64,000 nucleotides of DNA, taken from contig VRMN01000010.1 of NCBI GenBank assembly GCA_008690995.1, forward strand, positions 558,001-622,000, in the 5' to 3' direction. Under the pieces are notes generated by a model. That model worked only from the letters and a program-made list of their open reading frames with translations. It was not told the origin of the DNA and searched no databases. Source of the stretch: Porphyridium purpureum. Its lineage: Eukaryota. Shown in pieces: positions 22,124 to 33,480 of this stretch; within the stretch, counting starts at the first letter, position 1; each line of letters begins with the position of its first letter. The position numbers were made by a program, and so were the translations under genes.

Positions 22124-23934
22124 GGCTGCGTGCCGTCATGTCCGCTTTCTCCATCTGTGCGGCGCATATTGAGCGCAACCAACATCGCCAAAATCCCTAA
22201 TAAAATGGAGTCGTTTCAATAGGAAAAGTCTGGACGCCACAACCACGCACGAGTCACCGGAACATCTGGTGGAGATACGAGTTGGGTAAGAGGCATGATA
22301 GTTACCGTATGCCTGGCGCAGCGGATATGGAAAGAACAAGCTAGTCAGAGATTTGTCGTCTCGGTCCAGCAAGCGCTGGGTGTTTCCGCGCGTGAAAAGA
22401 ATGCTGAGGTAGCTTGAGAAAACACGGAAAAGGAAGGACCACTACGCCAGAGAAATCGACACAAGAGTGGAGCATCTTTCCAAGGCGCCTCATGACAGAG
22501 CCAAAGCATGAATGCGATTAAGGATTGCCCCAAAGAAGCAGATGTGACTCTGATTCATTCCGGTCCTATTGTACGTCGACGTTGTCGGTGCGTTCAGTTG
22601 CGTGCAAGTGCATGAAAACGCCGAAACCGCAGGATTTGTCACTCCATTGGAAGTCACGGTGTTCGTGCAACTTTGACTGAACGAGGTCGCTGCCAAGAGT
22701 ATTCTTTACGCAGCTGTGTGAGCATCTTTCTTAGCAACAACTTTGCACGGAGCTCCAGCTCCAGCTCAGAGTGTGCCTTTCGACTGACCCGCTCCGTTAA
22801 ATTTCCCATTTCGCGCCAGCAAAAGCATCACTCAAGTAAACTCGAACGGCGAACAAAGCATGCCGTTCAAGTGGCTATACAGAAAAAGAACCTCAACGGT
22901 TTCCAACGTACGCGTCGCTGACAGAGCGTGCGACAGTACGCCACCGTCGACAAACGGATCACTGCGAAACACGCTCGCCAGACATGGAACAGTATGGCTG
23001 AGTATCAATCGTGCGCCCCGCGAGCACGAGCAACATCACAGCCTCTACCGCGTTCATCTTTGACGCCCACTCGCTGTCCGGCCTCTCCCTGACTCTCTCC
23101 ATGCATCCCCGCCGAGGTCGTCACTCATCGGTCCCAAGAAGCTCGCAGGTCAACGTAGTCCAGCGTCATCCGCATTTCTGACCGATGTCTCGGGTCTCAC
23201 CATTCAACCGAATCAGATGAAGGGACAGTTCGTCAGGTCTCGGGAGGCTCGCAGTTGTACACAGAAGAACCGTGGTTCTTTCAAGGGTTCGATTAATGTT
23301 GTTCAGGGCTTTGGGCTAGGGAGCCACGACCGACGGTCGTCTCAGAACGACGACACCTGTGACCTGGGGATCTTCTACAGCACCGGCATCGAAAACGGTA
23401 TTCGTCGGAATTCGGCAGGAGCGACAACCACAGGAGAAGAACGGCAGTGCAGAAAATAAACGAGTTCGCTAGTTGCGTTAGGAGATCAGCGAGGAAGAAA
23501 AGAATAACCAAGCCGTGGCGAACGCACGCGAACGTGTAGGGACGTCCGAAGCACACCGCCGAATGCGAGAGCTTTCGCATTTTTCAGAAGATGCGACACA
23601 GTATTTCAAACAAAAGAAACACTTGAAACTAAACTTTTGACTTTTATCCATGGGACTATAGCAGCGACGTTCGTTTGCAATGGTATGCAAGATATTTGTG
23701 GCGCAAAACGGAAAGGCGTCAGTGCGTGTTAGCGGCTCATTTCGTACATCGACGGTTTACTGTGCGAGAACACAAAATGGTTCATCGCAGCTCCTGAAAG
23801 GTCCATTTAACGCCGCGGAAAGTTATATTCCCCTTTGCTATGAGGCCAAATGACACTGGAATGGAACCTCAGGAGTCTTGTAAAAGCGTGAGAACCATGG
23901 TCACCAAAATTGGGCACCCAAAAATGTCGTGTCA

Positions 23935-24830
23935 TGGTATATGTCTGCTCCAAACGTGCATGGGCTGAAGCGTGGGAGTTCAAAAGATTACAAGCTCAAG
24001 GAGTCAGTCAAAGCGAGAATTCATGTCGAACGCAAGTTTTGGATTACGCACACCCCTCGTCAAGTCCAGACTGCGCTGCGTGTTCGCAGCGCAAAAACCG
24101 GTGCTACATTTGAAGACAGTCAGGAAGGCAGTGGGCATGGCGCATGAATATGGCAAGATTTTAGCCCGTCCTCCTTGAACCATAAGATACGAGCTTGCGA
24201 GGCTCAACTAGACCAGACCTGTGAGTTGGAAAGGAGACATGGGGCCATAGTTCTGTTCATTGACTGAAAGGACTTCAACCAGGATGGGTTATGTGATTTC
24301 CGTTTGTTGTCGCTTCAGCGTACAAATGATGTTCCGGACCATTGGTCCCAGTATTCTGATGGCGTTAGATAAATAGTTTGGGATATCGTCTCTATAAAAG
24401 TAAAGATTTGCCTTCTTTCATCGACGGAGCCTTTACGGCCACAAAAGATGTTTCCTCGCTTCGTGATGACGGTTTGCTGGGCTGCTGTCTTCCAATGGTA
24501 CGTTCAAACATTCTTATTCAGCAAACCAAAGCACCAGTGTGCACAGGTCACTTTCAATGAATTTCCTCGTGGTGAAACTTTGGAGCTTCTAGGAGGGCAA
24601 GGAACCTGCTCAATTTTCACACCATCGAGAACCTGCGGGGGACACCAGCGTTTGACGTGGTCGAGCAAGCACGGAAGTATCGTCAGGTACAGGAGCTCAA
24701 AAACGCCAACCATCTGGCTTGGAAGACTTTGAGCCCTTCCGCACTGGTTTCTTCGCACGCGTCGCTGCCGAAACGCACTCTTGGCTGCGTATCTTTTCAA
24801 GGCGCACACGTGCGACAAACCGACCATCTT
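23935..24830 (+). mobile_element. Degenerate Tc1/mariner (Tc3-like) transposase relic
   Basis: Fragments across frames with stops: RLQAQGVSQ (HTH-like), KILARPP*TIRYELARLN, IVLFID*KDFNQDG (cf. VLFSDEKKFNLDG), and HTIENL...VEQARKYRQVQELKNANHLAWKTL...SLPKR...CVSFQG (cf. SPDLNPIENLW...ELKDAI..AW). No TIRs recognised. Confidence 0.7.
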
Positions 24831-25428
24831 TTTCGATTCTTTACGGGTGTCTGAGTAACAGCGCGACGCGAACTGTTTCTCTCTTCGACTTCGCCTCCCA
24901 CCACGCCGCCTTTCCATCTGCGCAGCTCGCCATCGCGTTCATAGCCCTTGGGATCAGTTTACCGGGAAACTGCAAAGCAGGCTGCGTTCCTGCATGCCCG
25001 TACGACGTGCCCCTGGGTTCTGGCTGCACCCTGCCAAGTCGGCGCTGACGCGCAAGTCCCCAATGCCAATGCTCGTGTGCCGTGCGTCTATCTGGTCAGC
25101 CGAAGCGGCGAGCGCGCGGTGCGCTTGTTCACGGCTCCGCGCCAGCTTACAAATGCACCGTTGCCGCACACGCGTGGAGCGCGCTGTTTTGTGGCTGACG
25201 TTACCGGTTTGTGGGCTCTTGCTTTCCTCCATTTCTTTCCCGGGCGTGGCGCAGAAACTGGGGCAGAAATAAAGGAGGTGCAGATGGCAAGCAGGGAGCG
25301 AGAATTTCGATGCTGAGCGTATAAGAACGCGTGCAGCCGATGGGGAAGCTGCAGCCAGTGTGTGTGCAGACTGAGAGAGCAAGAGAGAGAGAGTGTGTGT
25401 GTGTGTGTTGAGTGAACAGCAGTAGGGA

Positions 25429-26556
25429 ATGCAGGTGGATACGCGGATGGTGGTGGCGTTGGCCGCGGTTGCGGAAGAGAGCGTGGATGAGGTGGTGGCT
25501 TGTGCCGTCTCAGAAGGAAGGAAGACAGCAGACGGTGTGTATGATGGAAGTGAACTCGACTTGACGCGGTTTCCGCGCCGCGTGTACACGAATGGAGTAA
25601 CTGCGCTGGAGCCACTGCCGCGTGTGAGTCGGTGGAATGACCTGGCGGCGTACGGTGTGAATATTTGGATCAAGCGGGACGACCAATTGGGGCTCGTGAT
25701 GGGTGGGAACAAGACGCGCAAGCTCGAATTTGCCATGGCGGATGCGCTCAAGGCAGGCGCAGACTGTGTTGTCACTGCGGGCGCCGTGCAGAGCAACCAC
25801 GCGCGGCTCACGCTAGCTGCTTGCAACGTCGAACAGCTCGACTGCTACATCGTGCTCGAAGAACGTGTCCCTGGCTCGTTTCACTCAGACGCCTCGGGCA
25901 ACTACTACTTGTACCGGCTCCTGGGTGCCAAAAATATCGTCGTCGTGGGCACTGGAGAGGCAGCCGCCACCATGCAAACGCTCAAGCACGAGCTCGTGGC
26001 GCAAGGGCGAAGCCCGTACATCATCCCTGGCGGCGCCAGCGACGAAATTGGCGCAAAAGGGTATGTTCGCGCCGCGCAAGAGCTCCGTGAGCAGATGAAT
26101 GCATTGAGCGACACTATCCAATTTGACGCGGTTGTGTGCGCTTCTGGAAGTGCCGGGACGCACGCCGGCATGGTGCTTGGCATGCGCGGCAGCGGCGTGC
26201 CGGTCATTGGGGTCTCGACACGCTTTGACGAGGCCAAGCAGCAGAATGCAGTGCTCACGCTCAGTAACAAGCTCGCTCACGCGTGTGGTGCGCAGCCAGT
26301 GTCGCCGAGCGAGGTGCAGGTCGTCGACAAGTATGTCGGCCCAGGCTACAGTTTGCCGACTCGCGAATCCACTCAAGCCATCGAGGTTTTGGCCCGGACA
26401 CAAGGGATCCTGCTGGACCCAGTGTACACGGGCAAGGCGTTTGCGGGCCTACTGGGACTCATCCGTGAGGGGCACTTTCGACCAGGCACGAATGTAGTCT
26501 TCCTGCATACAGGAGGCTCGCCTGCGCTCTTCGAGTATCAGCCTCTCACCGAGTGA
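25429..26556 (+). CDS. D-cysteine desulfhydrase (PLP-dependent, ACC deaminase family)
   Basis: Motifs IKRDD..G...GGNKTRKLEF, GAVQSNHAR, SGSAGTHAG, DPVYTGKAF, FLHTGG. It has Thr/Thr rather than the Glu/Leu pair of true ACC deaminases. Confidence 0.9.
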   Translation: MQVDTRMVVALAAVAEESVDEVVACAVSEGRKTADGVYDGSELDLTRFPRRVYTNGVTALEPLPRVSRWNDLAAYGVNIWIKRDDQLGLVMGGNKTRKLEFAMADALKAGADCVVTAGAVQSNHARLTLAACNVEQLDCYIVLEERVPGSFHSDASGNYYLYRLLGAKNIVVVGTGEAAATMQTLKHELVAQGRSPYIIPGGASDEIGAKGYVRAAQELREQMNALSDTIQFDAVVCASGSAGTHAGMVLGMRGSGVPVIGVSTRFDEAKQQNAVLTLSNKLAHACGAQPVSPSEVQVVDKYVGPGYSLPTRESTQAIEVLARTQGILLDPVYTGKAFAGLLGLIREGHFRPGTNVVFLHTGGSPALFEYQPLTE

Positions 26557-26749
26557 AATCAGCGCGGTACATCGAAGCGCGGCGGCAAAATTCAAGTCGG
26601 AATCTCTCTTTCCGCGTGATCTTTGATCAACTGCTACACGATAATACTCGAGCTTAAGAAATAAAAATAACAGCAGCGACAATATGATACCACTGTTCAA
26701 GCAACGCCCGCGCGCACTGCGCGCTCTCACAGTGACAGGCTAGAAGAGC

Positions 26750-27274
26750 CTAGAATTGTGTGGTTTTGCTGGCTTGTGGCTTGAGCAAGATTTCGCAGCC
26801 ATCTTGGACGACGTTGGCGCGACACGACAGGCGCCAGGTGACCGGCTTGCCCTCGAGCAAAATATCCTCCTTCATGGTGCGCGGCGTGAGGGAGTACGAC
26901 GTATCCTTGACGTCCACGATGCATGTCCCGCACACGCCGTTGCCACCGCAGTTCCGGATCTTCCCGCCGAGCGTGTAGATGTCAAACTTGGCGGCCTTGA
27001 GCGCCTGACGCAAGTTGCTGTCGTACGGCACTTGGATCTCTGACTGCTTTCCATTTGGCTGCACGACGCTGACCTTGCACATCCGGTTCGTGGCCATCTC
27101 TGACCCGTACACCATCATCCGCAGCGTCGCACTGTGCTGCTGCGTCGATCGCACGAGTCCACCAGCACCACTTCTTCTCCAATCACAGCACGCCGCGCTC
27201 TCCGCATGCCGCCGCTCCGTCATTCCCGTATAGACGCCGCGGGACGCCAGACATCCGGCACTCACAAACGCCAT
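26750..27274 (-). CDS. Plastid-targeted 2Fe-2S ferredoxin-like protein (PnsB3/NDF4-like family)
   Basis: MAFVS transit peptide start; NCGGNGVCGTCIVDV...LTPRT..E...L..KP..WRLSC. Confidence 0.85.
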   Translation of the reverse strand: MAFVSAGCLASRGVYTGMTERRHAESAACCDWRRSGAGGLVRSTQQHSATLRMMVYGSEMATNRMCKVSVVQPNGKQSEIQVPYDSNLRQALKAAKFDIYTLGGKIRNCGGNGVCGTCIVDVKDTSYSLTPRTMKEDILLEGKPVTWRLSCRANVVQDGCEILLKPQASKTTQF

Positions 27275-27523
27275 CGCGTCCTTCTCTCTCTCTCTTTCAA
27301 CCCACAACCCACAGCCCACACACACCTTGTCCTCCACCACCAACCTTTCTGCCATTCTCGCCATTTTCCTTCCCCACTTTCTTAAGCGCCGTCGGCTAAC
27401 TTAAAAAATAAACTTAAATAATTAAATCGTTAACAACTGTTGTTTAACATTAAGCTGTACATCAGGGTACTGTTTATGGTGTGCGGAGGAAGATGTACAG
27501 TGCGCGATGGTGAGGTACAGTGA

Positions 27524-30500
27524 TTAGACCAGCGCTTTGGCGAGGCGCGCGGCGTACGAGCGCACGAGCAGTGCGGCGTTGGGAAGCGCGCGGTTCTCGA
27601 GTGAGTCGGCAATGGCCGACAGGCGCGCCTGGCTAAAGAGCACGAGCGCGCACCACAGGTCCTTCTGCACGAGCAGCTTGGCGGTGGAGTCAAGATCTGA
27701 CTCGATCATGCTGTACATGCGTTGCGCAACAGATTTCACGTTCATCAAATCGGCAATGCTGCGGCTCACCTTCTTCTCCACCCGGTCTGGCGGGTCGCCA
27801 AGCGCATCCTGCAGTTTTTCAAATACACGCCCAAACACGCGGTCCAGGTAGCGTGTCAGAGTCAACTGTTGCACGCGCCACAACGACTTGAGCGCCTCGC
27901 TCGGAATTTCGTCTCCACTCGGAAGTGAGGGCTGCTCCCGCACCGGTGGTGACGCATGCAATTCCTTCTCCCCAACCTGAACATCTTCGTCCTTCGCGCC
28001 ATCACGCACTTCCGGCTCCCATTCCACAATCAAGCACGCGGGCGCCGCGCCTTTCTGCTCCGCCGTCCCGCCTGCTGTGCCACCGCGACCGCGCCCCGCC
28101 CACAGGATGTACGAAAACGCCTGCAGCTTCACGAGATCGGCGCGAAGATACTGCTGGACCGCTACATCCGTGTTGGTCATACACACCGAAATCATGCGCT
28201 CCATACTCTCTCTCAACAAATTGCACACGACCACACGGGTCTCAAGTGCAAGAACATGCTGCGACTTGGGCGGGGCGCCCGTGAGTAAGGCCTTTCGTTC
28301 CAACGTCGCCATGGGCATTCGATTAGAAGAACTGTCACGAGGTGCAGATGCAGCATCCGCCTCGACCTCAAACGCAGACCAGTCCATTATGCATCGCTCC
28401 TTATACTTCAGCCGCACTTCGCGCCCGGCTTCCAAAAGCGCATGAATCAAATCTCCGATCGCTTTGACGGTTTCAAAGTACGCTAGGGAAGCCTCACGTT
28501 GCCTCACTGCGGGAGATTTTAGCGAACCCTTCGCTGCGACCCCAAGGCCTTTATCGATACCCCCGAACGTTGCGTTTGGACCCAAACCGGAGCTTCCTCT
28601 ACGCGCACGGGAGCCCCTTTGATTCTGATCGACCGACAAGGCGTTTGCACCGGGTGGTCCTTTTTTCTTCATGGTCTTTGTCTTCGATCCGGGCGACTGC
28701 TCCTCGACCGCTTCACCAGATGCCACTGATGCTCGTTCTGTGAGCAAACGCTGAGTGGCTACCTTGCTCGGCTTAGGCACCGCGGCCGTACCATTTGGTG
28801 AAGATGCCGCATGTCCAGCCCCTTCCCTTTTGGACTTGGGAACAAGGCCCATGCTGTCGTCCAAACTGCTACCTGCTGTGCTGGACACCAGGTGCAACGC
28901 GTCCGCTGCTTGCGAGAGGCGCGCGAGTTCGCTGTTCAGTGCGTTGCGGAAAACGTGCTTGCACGTCGACTCGAGAACACGCAAGACTAGATTGATATAT
29001 GTGAGACAAAATGCCTTTTTGACTTCCGCGGCTTCGACGCCCAGGTCTGGCGCGCTCGGGATAGCAGCCTTACTGCACCAACGCAACATGTCAGTACGTG
29101 TGAGCTGTTGCAGGCTGCTCAGCAAGACTTTGAACTCTGTGTAGAGAAGGAACGCACCCAGCGCGCCGGTCTCGGACATGTAGCGTTCGCACAGCATCCA
29201 GAACTGCGACAGAGGCGACTGAAACATACCGCACAGAGTGACCCACATAAAAGCTTGATACCGAAGCAGTGCTTGAGATCGACTGAGCTGCGTGTGAAAA
29301 ATCAAATGGTGCACAATGGGCTCGTAGAAGATTCGGAACAAAATCAATTCCTCCTGGACGGAAGTTCGCGCCAAAAGGTTGATGAAAGCACGCACTGCTT
29401 GCCGGGGCTGCAAAGCGAACGCCGAAGGGTCTTTCTTCGACAACACTTCATCAAACATCCCCTGCAATGCAGCAATTACATTGGCCTCAAAGTGCTTCTC
29501 GTACGAGGCCGCAAAGTCGATGGCGACCGCTGGAAATACATCAATGGCAGGCCGATGAGATATTGCGCCCGCGTGGCTGACCGCCAACAAAGTTGCCATC
29601 GCGTCCATGTCTAGCACTTCTTTCGTGAACAGCTCAAACCGTACACTTGAGCCAAACGAATCAAAAGCCTGCCCTTGAAAAAGCTGCTGCACACGCGTGT
29701 CATTCGTAACTGCAGCCGCTATACCGTCGCGCTGTTGAATGGGTTGTGAGGGAGATGCCAAAGCCGCGCCGGAAGAAGTCGTACCTGACGTTATCGCAAT
29801 CCGATCAAAGCTGGACAAACCGGCCAACTTGCGAGGCGACACCGAAGCTCGAACCGAACGTGACGCTTGGATTGGAGGCTCGATCGAAGAGTCATCGTGA
29901 GCAACGGGCACTAAGTGTGCATGTATGAGCCCACCGGCAAGCACACCTACCCCTACTGGCGATGCTCCTCCACTTGCTTGGATTGCTGCGCTTCGTGCCC
30001 GCATGGCCGCCACAGAACCTGGACCTGAGCCCACGCCATGCCCGCCTCCGTATCTCGGCATGCTCTGCAAATGATCCTGCTGCACACATTCATGAATCAC
30101 GAAAAGGCAGCCTAGCAAACCATTCAGCTCGGAGAGCGCGAGTTTTCGGCCTCGTCTCTCCCCATCACTTACAGACTGCGGGTGCCGAGAGCTTGATTGT
30201 TTCTGCTCCAGCCTGGTGCAAATGTCCTTGCCCCGAAGCTTTAAATCCTCATCCATCCTCTCCGAAACGAAAAGCTCCAAGGACGGAGACAACCGAAAGC
30301 AAGCACGCGTAAACTTTTGTCGCGCAGATTGTACAATGTCCAATTCCTGCAGCACGAGATTCCGGTTCATGAACGTGAGCCGGTCCGTGAGCACGCTCAA
30401 CGCGGGAATCACCGCACTTGTAAGGTACGACTCTTCCAAAAGCAGCTTCTGCATAGTGTTGGCCGCGGCTGATCTTGTGAGCCTCTCTATAACTTTCGCG

Positions 30501-32953
30501 TGGATAGGAGGCAATGTGACAATTTCTGTCACAAGCTCAATGCGGTCCTGAAGTCGCTTGGCGTTGTGCATTTGCACATCCAATACGTACAGCTGGTGCT
30601 GAACAATCTCAATCGCTGCATACCCGCGCTTGGCTTGCGCAGACGCATCTCGCAACCACGGCTCTGCTTCTTCCAGCGTGCGTGCCAGCTCACTTAGAAT
30701 ATTTTGCGTCACGTGCGCCTTTTCATCCGAGCGGAGTATCTCTTCCAAAATAGCTTTCTCAGACGAGCGGATACAATCGCTGATTGCTCCTGTCAAAGCT
30801 GCGCCGCCCAACAGATGTATCAGACTCTGGGCTGGGACGCGACTCTGCCGTGACTCAGGCATCGCCTCGGCAATAATCTCCAGATCCTCAAGTTCTTCCC
30901 GCGTGAGCTGGTACTCCAAGACGCGCTGTGGCGCAAATGCCGCGTTTCGATTTCGCGTCAAGAAATCAGGGTCCATTTCATCCAATCGCACCGGTCCGGC
31001 GGCTTCCTCAATACTGGCAGACGTTACACTGCTTCTCGAGCGCGCTGCCTCCATGTTGTGCGCTGAGGCGCTCTGACTGATACGCACATATGCCGCCGCA
31101 CCATCCCCAGAGATTCGCCGTTGCTCAAGCTCAAACGCTACCTGCTCCACTTCGCTCTTCAGATCACTTGGAGTTCCTGTTCCGCGCGACTTGTCCCCGC
31201 CTGTCACGAGACTTCCGCCGGGCGACGCACGCCCCTGCACGTACTGTCCGTCCAGAGGTGGCTTCGTAGTGACCTTGATAATTTTTTCCGATTTGGCGCG
31301 AGGATAGGGCGCCATTCCAGTCGCTTCACTCGCATCCTTTGCGGCGTTGACGAATGAATCTCCTTCCCGATCTTCACTGGCTTTTCTGTCGCTTTCCTCC
31401 GACATCATTTTCTCCTTAATTCCGGTTCTATCGGAGCTGCTCAAGTAGCGCTGAAGTCCATTATTAGCTGCTCCAGGTCGCACAGAAACACGCAATGCCA
31501 CTGGTTCATGCACTTCTGTTTCCGAATCGCCATCCTCGCTCTCGACTGTGCCGGCCGAGGACGTGCGTCGCTTATTGAACAGATTAGTAATCTGCTCTGA
31601 TGACCGTTGCCGCGCCGCGCCTCGACGCAGAAGGTTTTTCAGTTTCCCTGTCGTCGAGGATTTGCCTTGATTCGGCTGCTGTTGTTGTGACTGCTGTTGT
31701 TGTGATTGTTCCACGCCAAGCTGCTCGTCTTTGCTAGTATCTACACTCTGATGATTTTCAGACGACGAGAATTTCCGCCCTAAACCCCCGCCCGGGGACA
31801 GCAAGCCACCACTTCGGCGCAACTTTTCCTTTTCCTTATCCTTTTTGGAAGGTTGTCTTGTGCCAACGCTCCTTTGCGTTTTGCTCATTTTCGGACTGAG
31901 GATGTCGTTAAGTCCCGCAAATCCGCTCTTGGAAACCGCAGTGCCGCCACCATCCTCTAAAACCCCACTTGCTAAATTGCTATGACCACTGGCCGACTCG
32001 GCGGGAAACTCCAACTTCTGCGCCGACGACCCATCCCCTCCTGATGTCGACTTACTTGTCTGCGGCGGTTGAGTGACTGGGACATTCAAACATGCTTGAG
32101 CAAATTCTTGTAACTCTAGAATGCGCAGGCCCTCCACCGGTGGTGCCCGGCTGAGTCGTGACGCACACGTTTGGAGCAACCCCCACAGAAAAATGGCCCG
32201 GTCACGGGGCGAATCACACACCCATACCAATCGCTTTGTGTCAGAAAATAGAAGAGCAAATTCTAGCGCCACGTCAGCCGGCGCGTTCAGGCCGTCGACC
32301 TTGGACAAATCGTTCAGCAGCCACGTCCGACTGATGGCTAGCTTTCCCGTGGCGAACGGCGCGTCCTGCATGAGATGCAAACGCAGCTGCGGTGAGCCAC
32401 GCTCGGTTTCACAGACAGCCAGACATTTTCTCGCTGTAGAGGAGCGGTTTTGATTGTTCCCTCCCATAAAGTTGGGCATGTTTACCTTGATATTCATCGA
32501 GAACAGAGAGAGCCCTTTCTTTCCGCCTACGCGTTCGCTGCCAGCTTCGAGACCAGGCTGACTCTTTACCGCAGCATTTGCTTCTCCGGAACTTACAATA
32601 CGTCCAGAGCCCGCCGGTCCATCATACATGTGAACATCGCCCTGCATATCGGAGCGCGAGCGCAACGCGCCGGGTGTCCACGCACCTCCTGCGGACCGCC
32701 CTTCGTCCGCTGCGGGTACCGTCACATGACTGGAGCTTCTTGCCGCAGACGTCGAGCCCACGCCGCCGCCGCTCGTCGCGCGGCGCACCATGACCGCAAA
32801 CAAACAGCGCTCGGCGCCACGCAGCCCGAGCTCGACGGCCTGGATCAGCTCGTGCGTCTCCTTCCCAATCCGCTCCTCCAGCATCTTATCGCGCGCCGCG
32901 TCCCGCGCGAGCGGGGCACGCGCCCCGCGCGCCCCGCCCTGCATGGCCGCCAT
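27524..32953 (-). CDS. SEC3: Exocyst component Sec3-like protein, 1809 aa
   Basis: N-terminal Sec3 PIP2-binding PH-like domain (RTWLLNDLSKVDG...EFALLF...WVCDS..DRAIFLWGL), coiled coil (LDVQMHNAKRL) and helical C-terminal region. Confidence 0.7.
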   Translation of the reverse strand: MAAMQGGARGARAPLARDAARDKMLEERIGKETHELIQAVELGLRGAERCLFAVMVRRATSGGGVGSTSAARSSSHVTVPAADEGRSAGGAWTPGALRSRSDMQGDVHMYDGPAGSGRIVSSGEANAAVKSQPGLEAGSERVGGKKGLSLFSMNIKVNMPNFMGGNNQNRSSTARKCLAVCETERGSPQLRLHLMQDAPFATGKLAISRTWLLNDLSKVDGLNAPADVALEFALLFSDTKRLVWVCDSPRDRAIFLWGLLQTCASRLSRAPPVEGLRILELQEFAQACLNVPVTQPPQTSKSTSGGDGSSAQKLEFPAESASGHSNLASGVLEDGGGTAVSKSGFAGLNDILSPKMSKTQRSVGTRQPSKKDKEKEKLRRSGGLLSPGGGLGRKFSSSENHQSVDTSKDEQLGVEQSQQQQSQQQQPNQGKSSTTGKLKNLLRRGAARQRSSEQITNLFNKRRTSSAGTVESEDGDSETEVHEPVALRVSVRPGAANNGLQRYLSSSDRTGIKEKMMSEESDRKASEDREGDSFVNAAKDASEATGMAPYPRAKSEKIIKVTTKPPLDGQYVQGRASPGGSLVTGGDKSRGTGTPSDLKSEVEQVAFELEQRRISGDGAAAYVRISQSASAHNMEAARSRSSVTSASIEEAAGPVRLDEMDPDFLTRNRNAAFAPQRVLEYQLTREELEDLEIIAEAMPESRQSRVPAQSLIHLLGGAALTGAISDCIRSSEKAILEEILRSDEKAHVTQNILSELARTLEEAEPWLRDASAQAKRGYAAIEIVQHQLYVLDVQMHNAKRLQDRIELVTEIVTLPPIHAKVIERLTRSAAANTMQKLLLEESYLTSAVIPALSVLTDRLTFMNRNLVLQELDIVQSARQKFTRACFRLSPSLELFVSERMDEDLKLRGKDICTRLEQKQSSSRHPQSVSDGERRGRKLALSELNGLLGCLFVIHECVQQDHLQSMPRYGGGHGVGSGPGSVAAMRARSAAIQASGGASPVGVGVLAGGLIHAHLVPVAHDDSSIEPPIQASRSVRASVSPRKLAGLSSFDRIAITSGTTSSGAALASPSQPIQQRDGIAAAVTNDTRVQQLFQGQAFDSFGSSVRFELFTKEVLDMDAMATLLAVSHAGAISHRPAIDVFPAVAIDFAASYEKHFEANVIAALQGMFDEVLSKKDPSAFALQPRQAVRAFINLLARTSVQEELILFRIFYEPIVHHLIFHTQLSRSQALLRYQAFMWVTLCGMFQSPLSQFWMLCERYMSETGALGAFLLYTEFKVLLSSLQQLTRTDMLRWCSKAAIPSAPDLGVEAAEVKKAFCLTYINLVLRVLESTCKHVFRNALNSELARLSQAADALHLVSSTAGSSLDDSMGLVPKSKREGAGHAASSPNGTAAVPKPSKVATQRLLTERASVASGEAVEEQSPGSKTKTMKKKGPPGANALSVDQNQRGSRARRGSSGLGPNATFGGIDKGLGVAAKGSLKSPAVRQREASLAYFETVKAIGDLIHALLEAGREVRLKYKERCIMDWSAFEVEADAASAPRDSSSNRMPMATLERKALLTGAPPKSQHVLALETRVVVCNLLRESMERMISVCMTNTDVAVQQYLRADLVKLQAFSYILWAGRGRGGTAGGTAEQKGAAPACLIVEWEPEVRDGAKDEDVQVGEKELHASPPVREQPSLPSGDEIPSEALKSLWRVQQLTLTRYLDRVFGRVFEKLQDALGDPPDRVEKKVSRSIADLMNVKSVAQRMYSMIESDLDSTAKLLVQKDLWCALVLFSQARLSAIADSLENRALPNAALLVRSYAARLAKALV

Positions 32954-33480
32954 CCTTCCTCAAAACACACAACCCACCCACACCCAACCCACCCACCACG
33001 CACACTCTCTCTTCTCTCTCAACACATCGCCACCTCCCGCATACCCTCCTTCCCGCTCACCGATAACTTTTTCGCCCCCCTTTCGCTTCAATGAATGCCG
33101 CATTCTTTTAGAATAACACATCGCATCGCCATCTCAGAAATGCAGCATTCCTATAACATGCAGCATTGCCACGAATGGATGAGACCCGACTGTACCCCCA
33201 CGGCCATCATAAAAGTACAGTCTGTGTACAGTATTGAGAAAGCGTGTGTAAGCGTCGGCGCGGGAGTTGAGCGGGGAGGGGGAGGAGAAGGGCATGAAGG
33301 CTTGCAGCGCTAAACGAGCGAGGGGGGGAAGGAGAGAGAGAGAAGGGGGACCTTGTTTGTGCGAGAGCCGATGTGGATGCTGGACAGTAGGTGCCGATGC
33401 GTCTGTATGGTGTTGCGCTTTGCACATGTGCCGGAGAACCGGTGGACAGCGCCCTCGTCGGCGCTACACGGAACGCATGA

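Noticed and set aside
22200..23700. Short ORFs or a decayed gene between RCC1 and the Tc1 relic
   Set aside because: The frames are interrupted by stops and I could not recognise any family motif.
25429..26556. ACC deaminase
   Set aside because: It has DPVYTGK and HTGG instead of the DPVYEGK and HLGG residues diagnostic of ACC deaminase.
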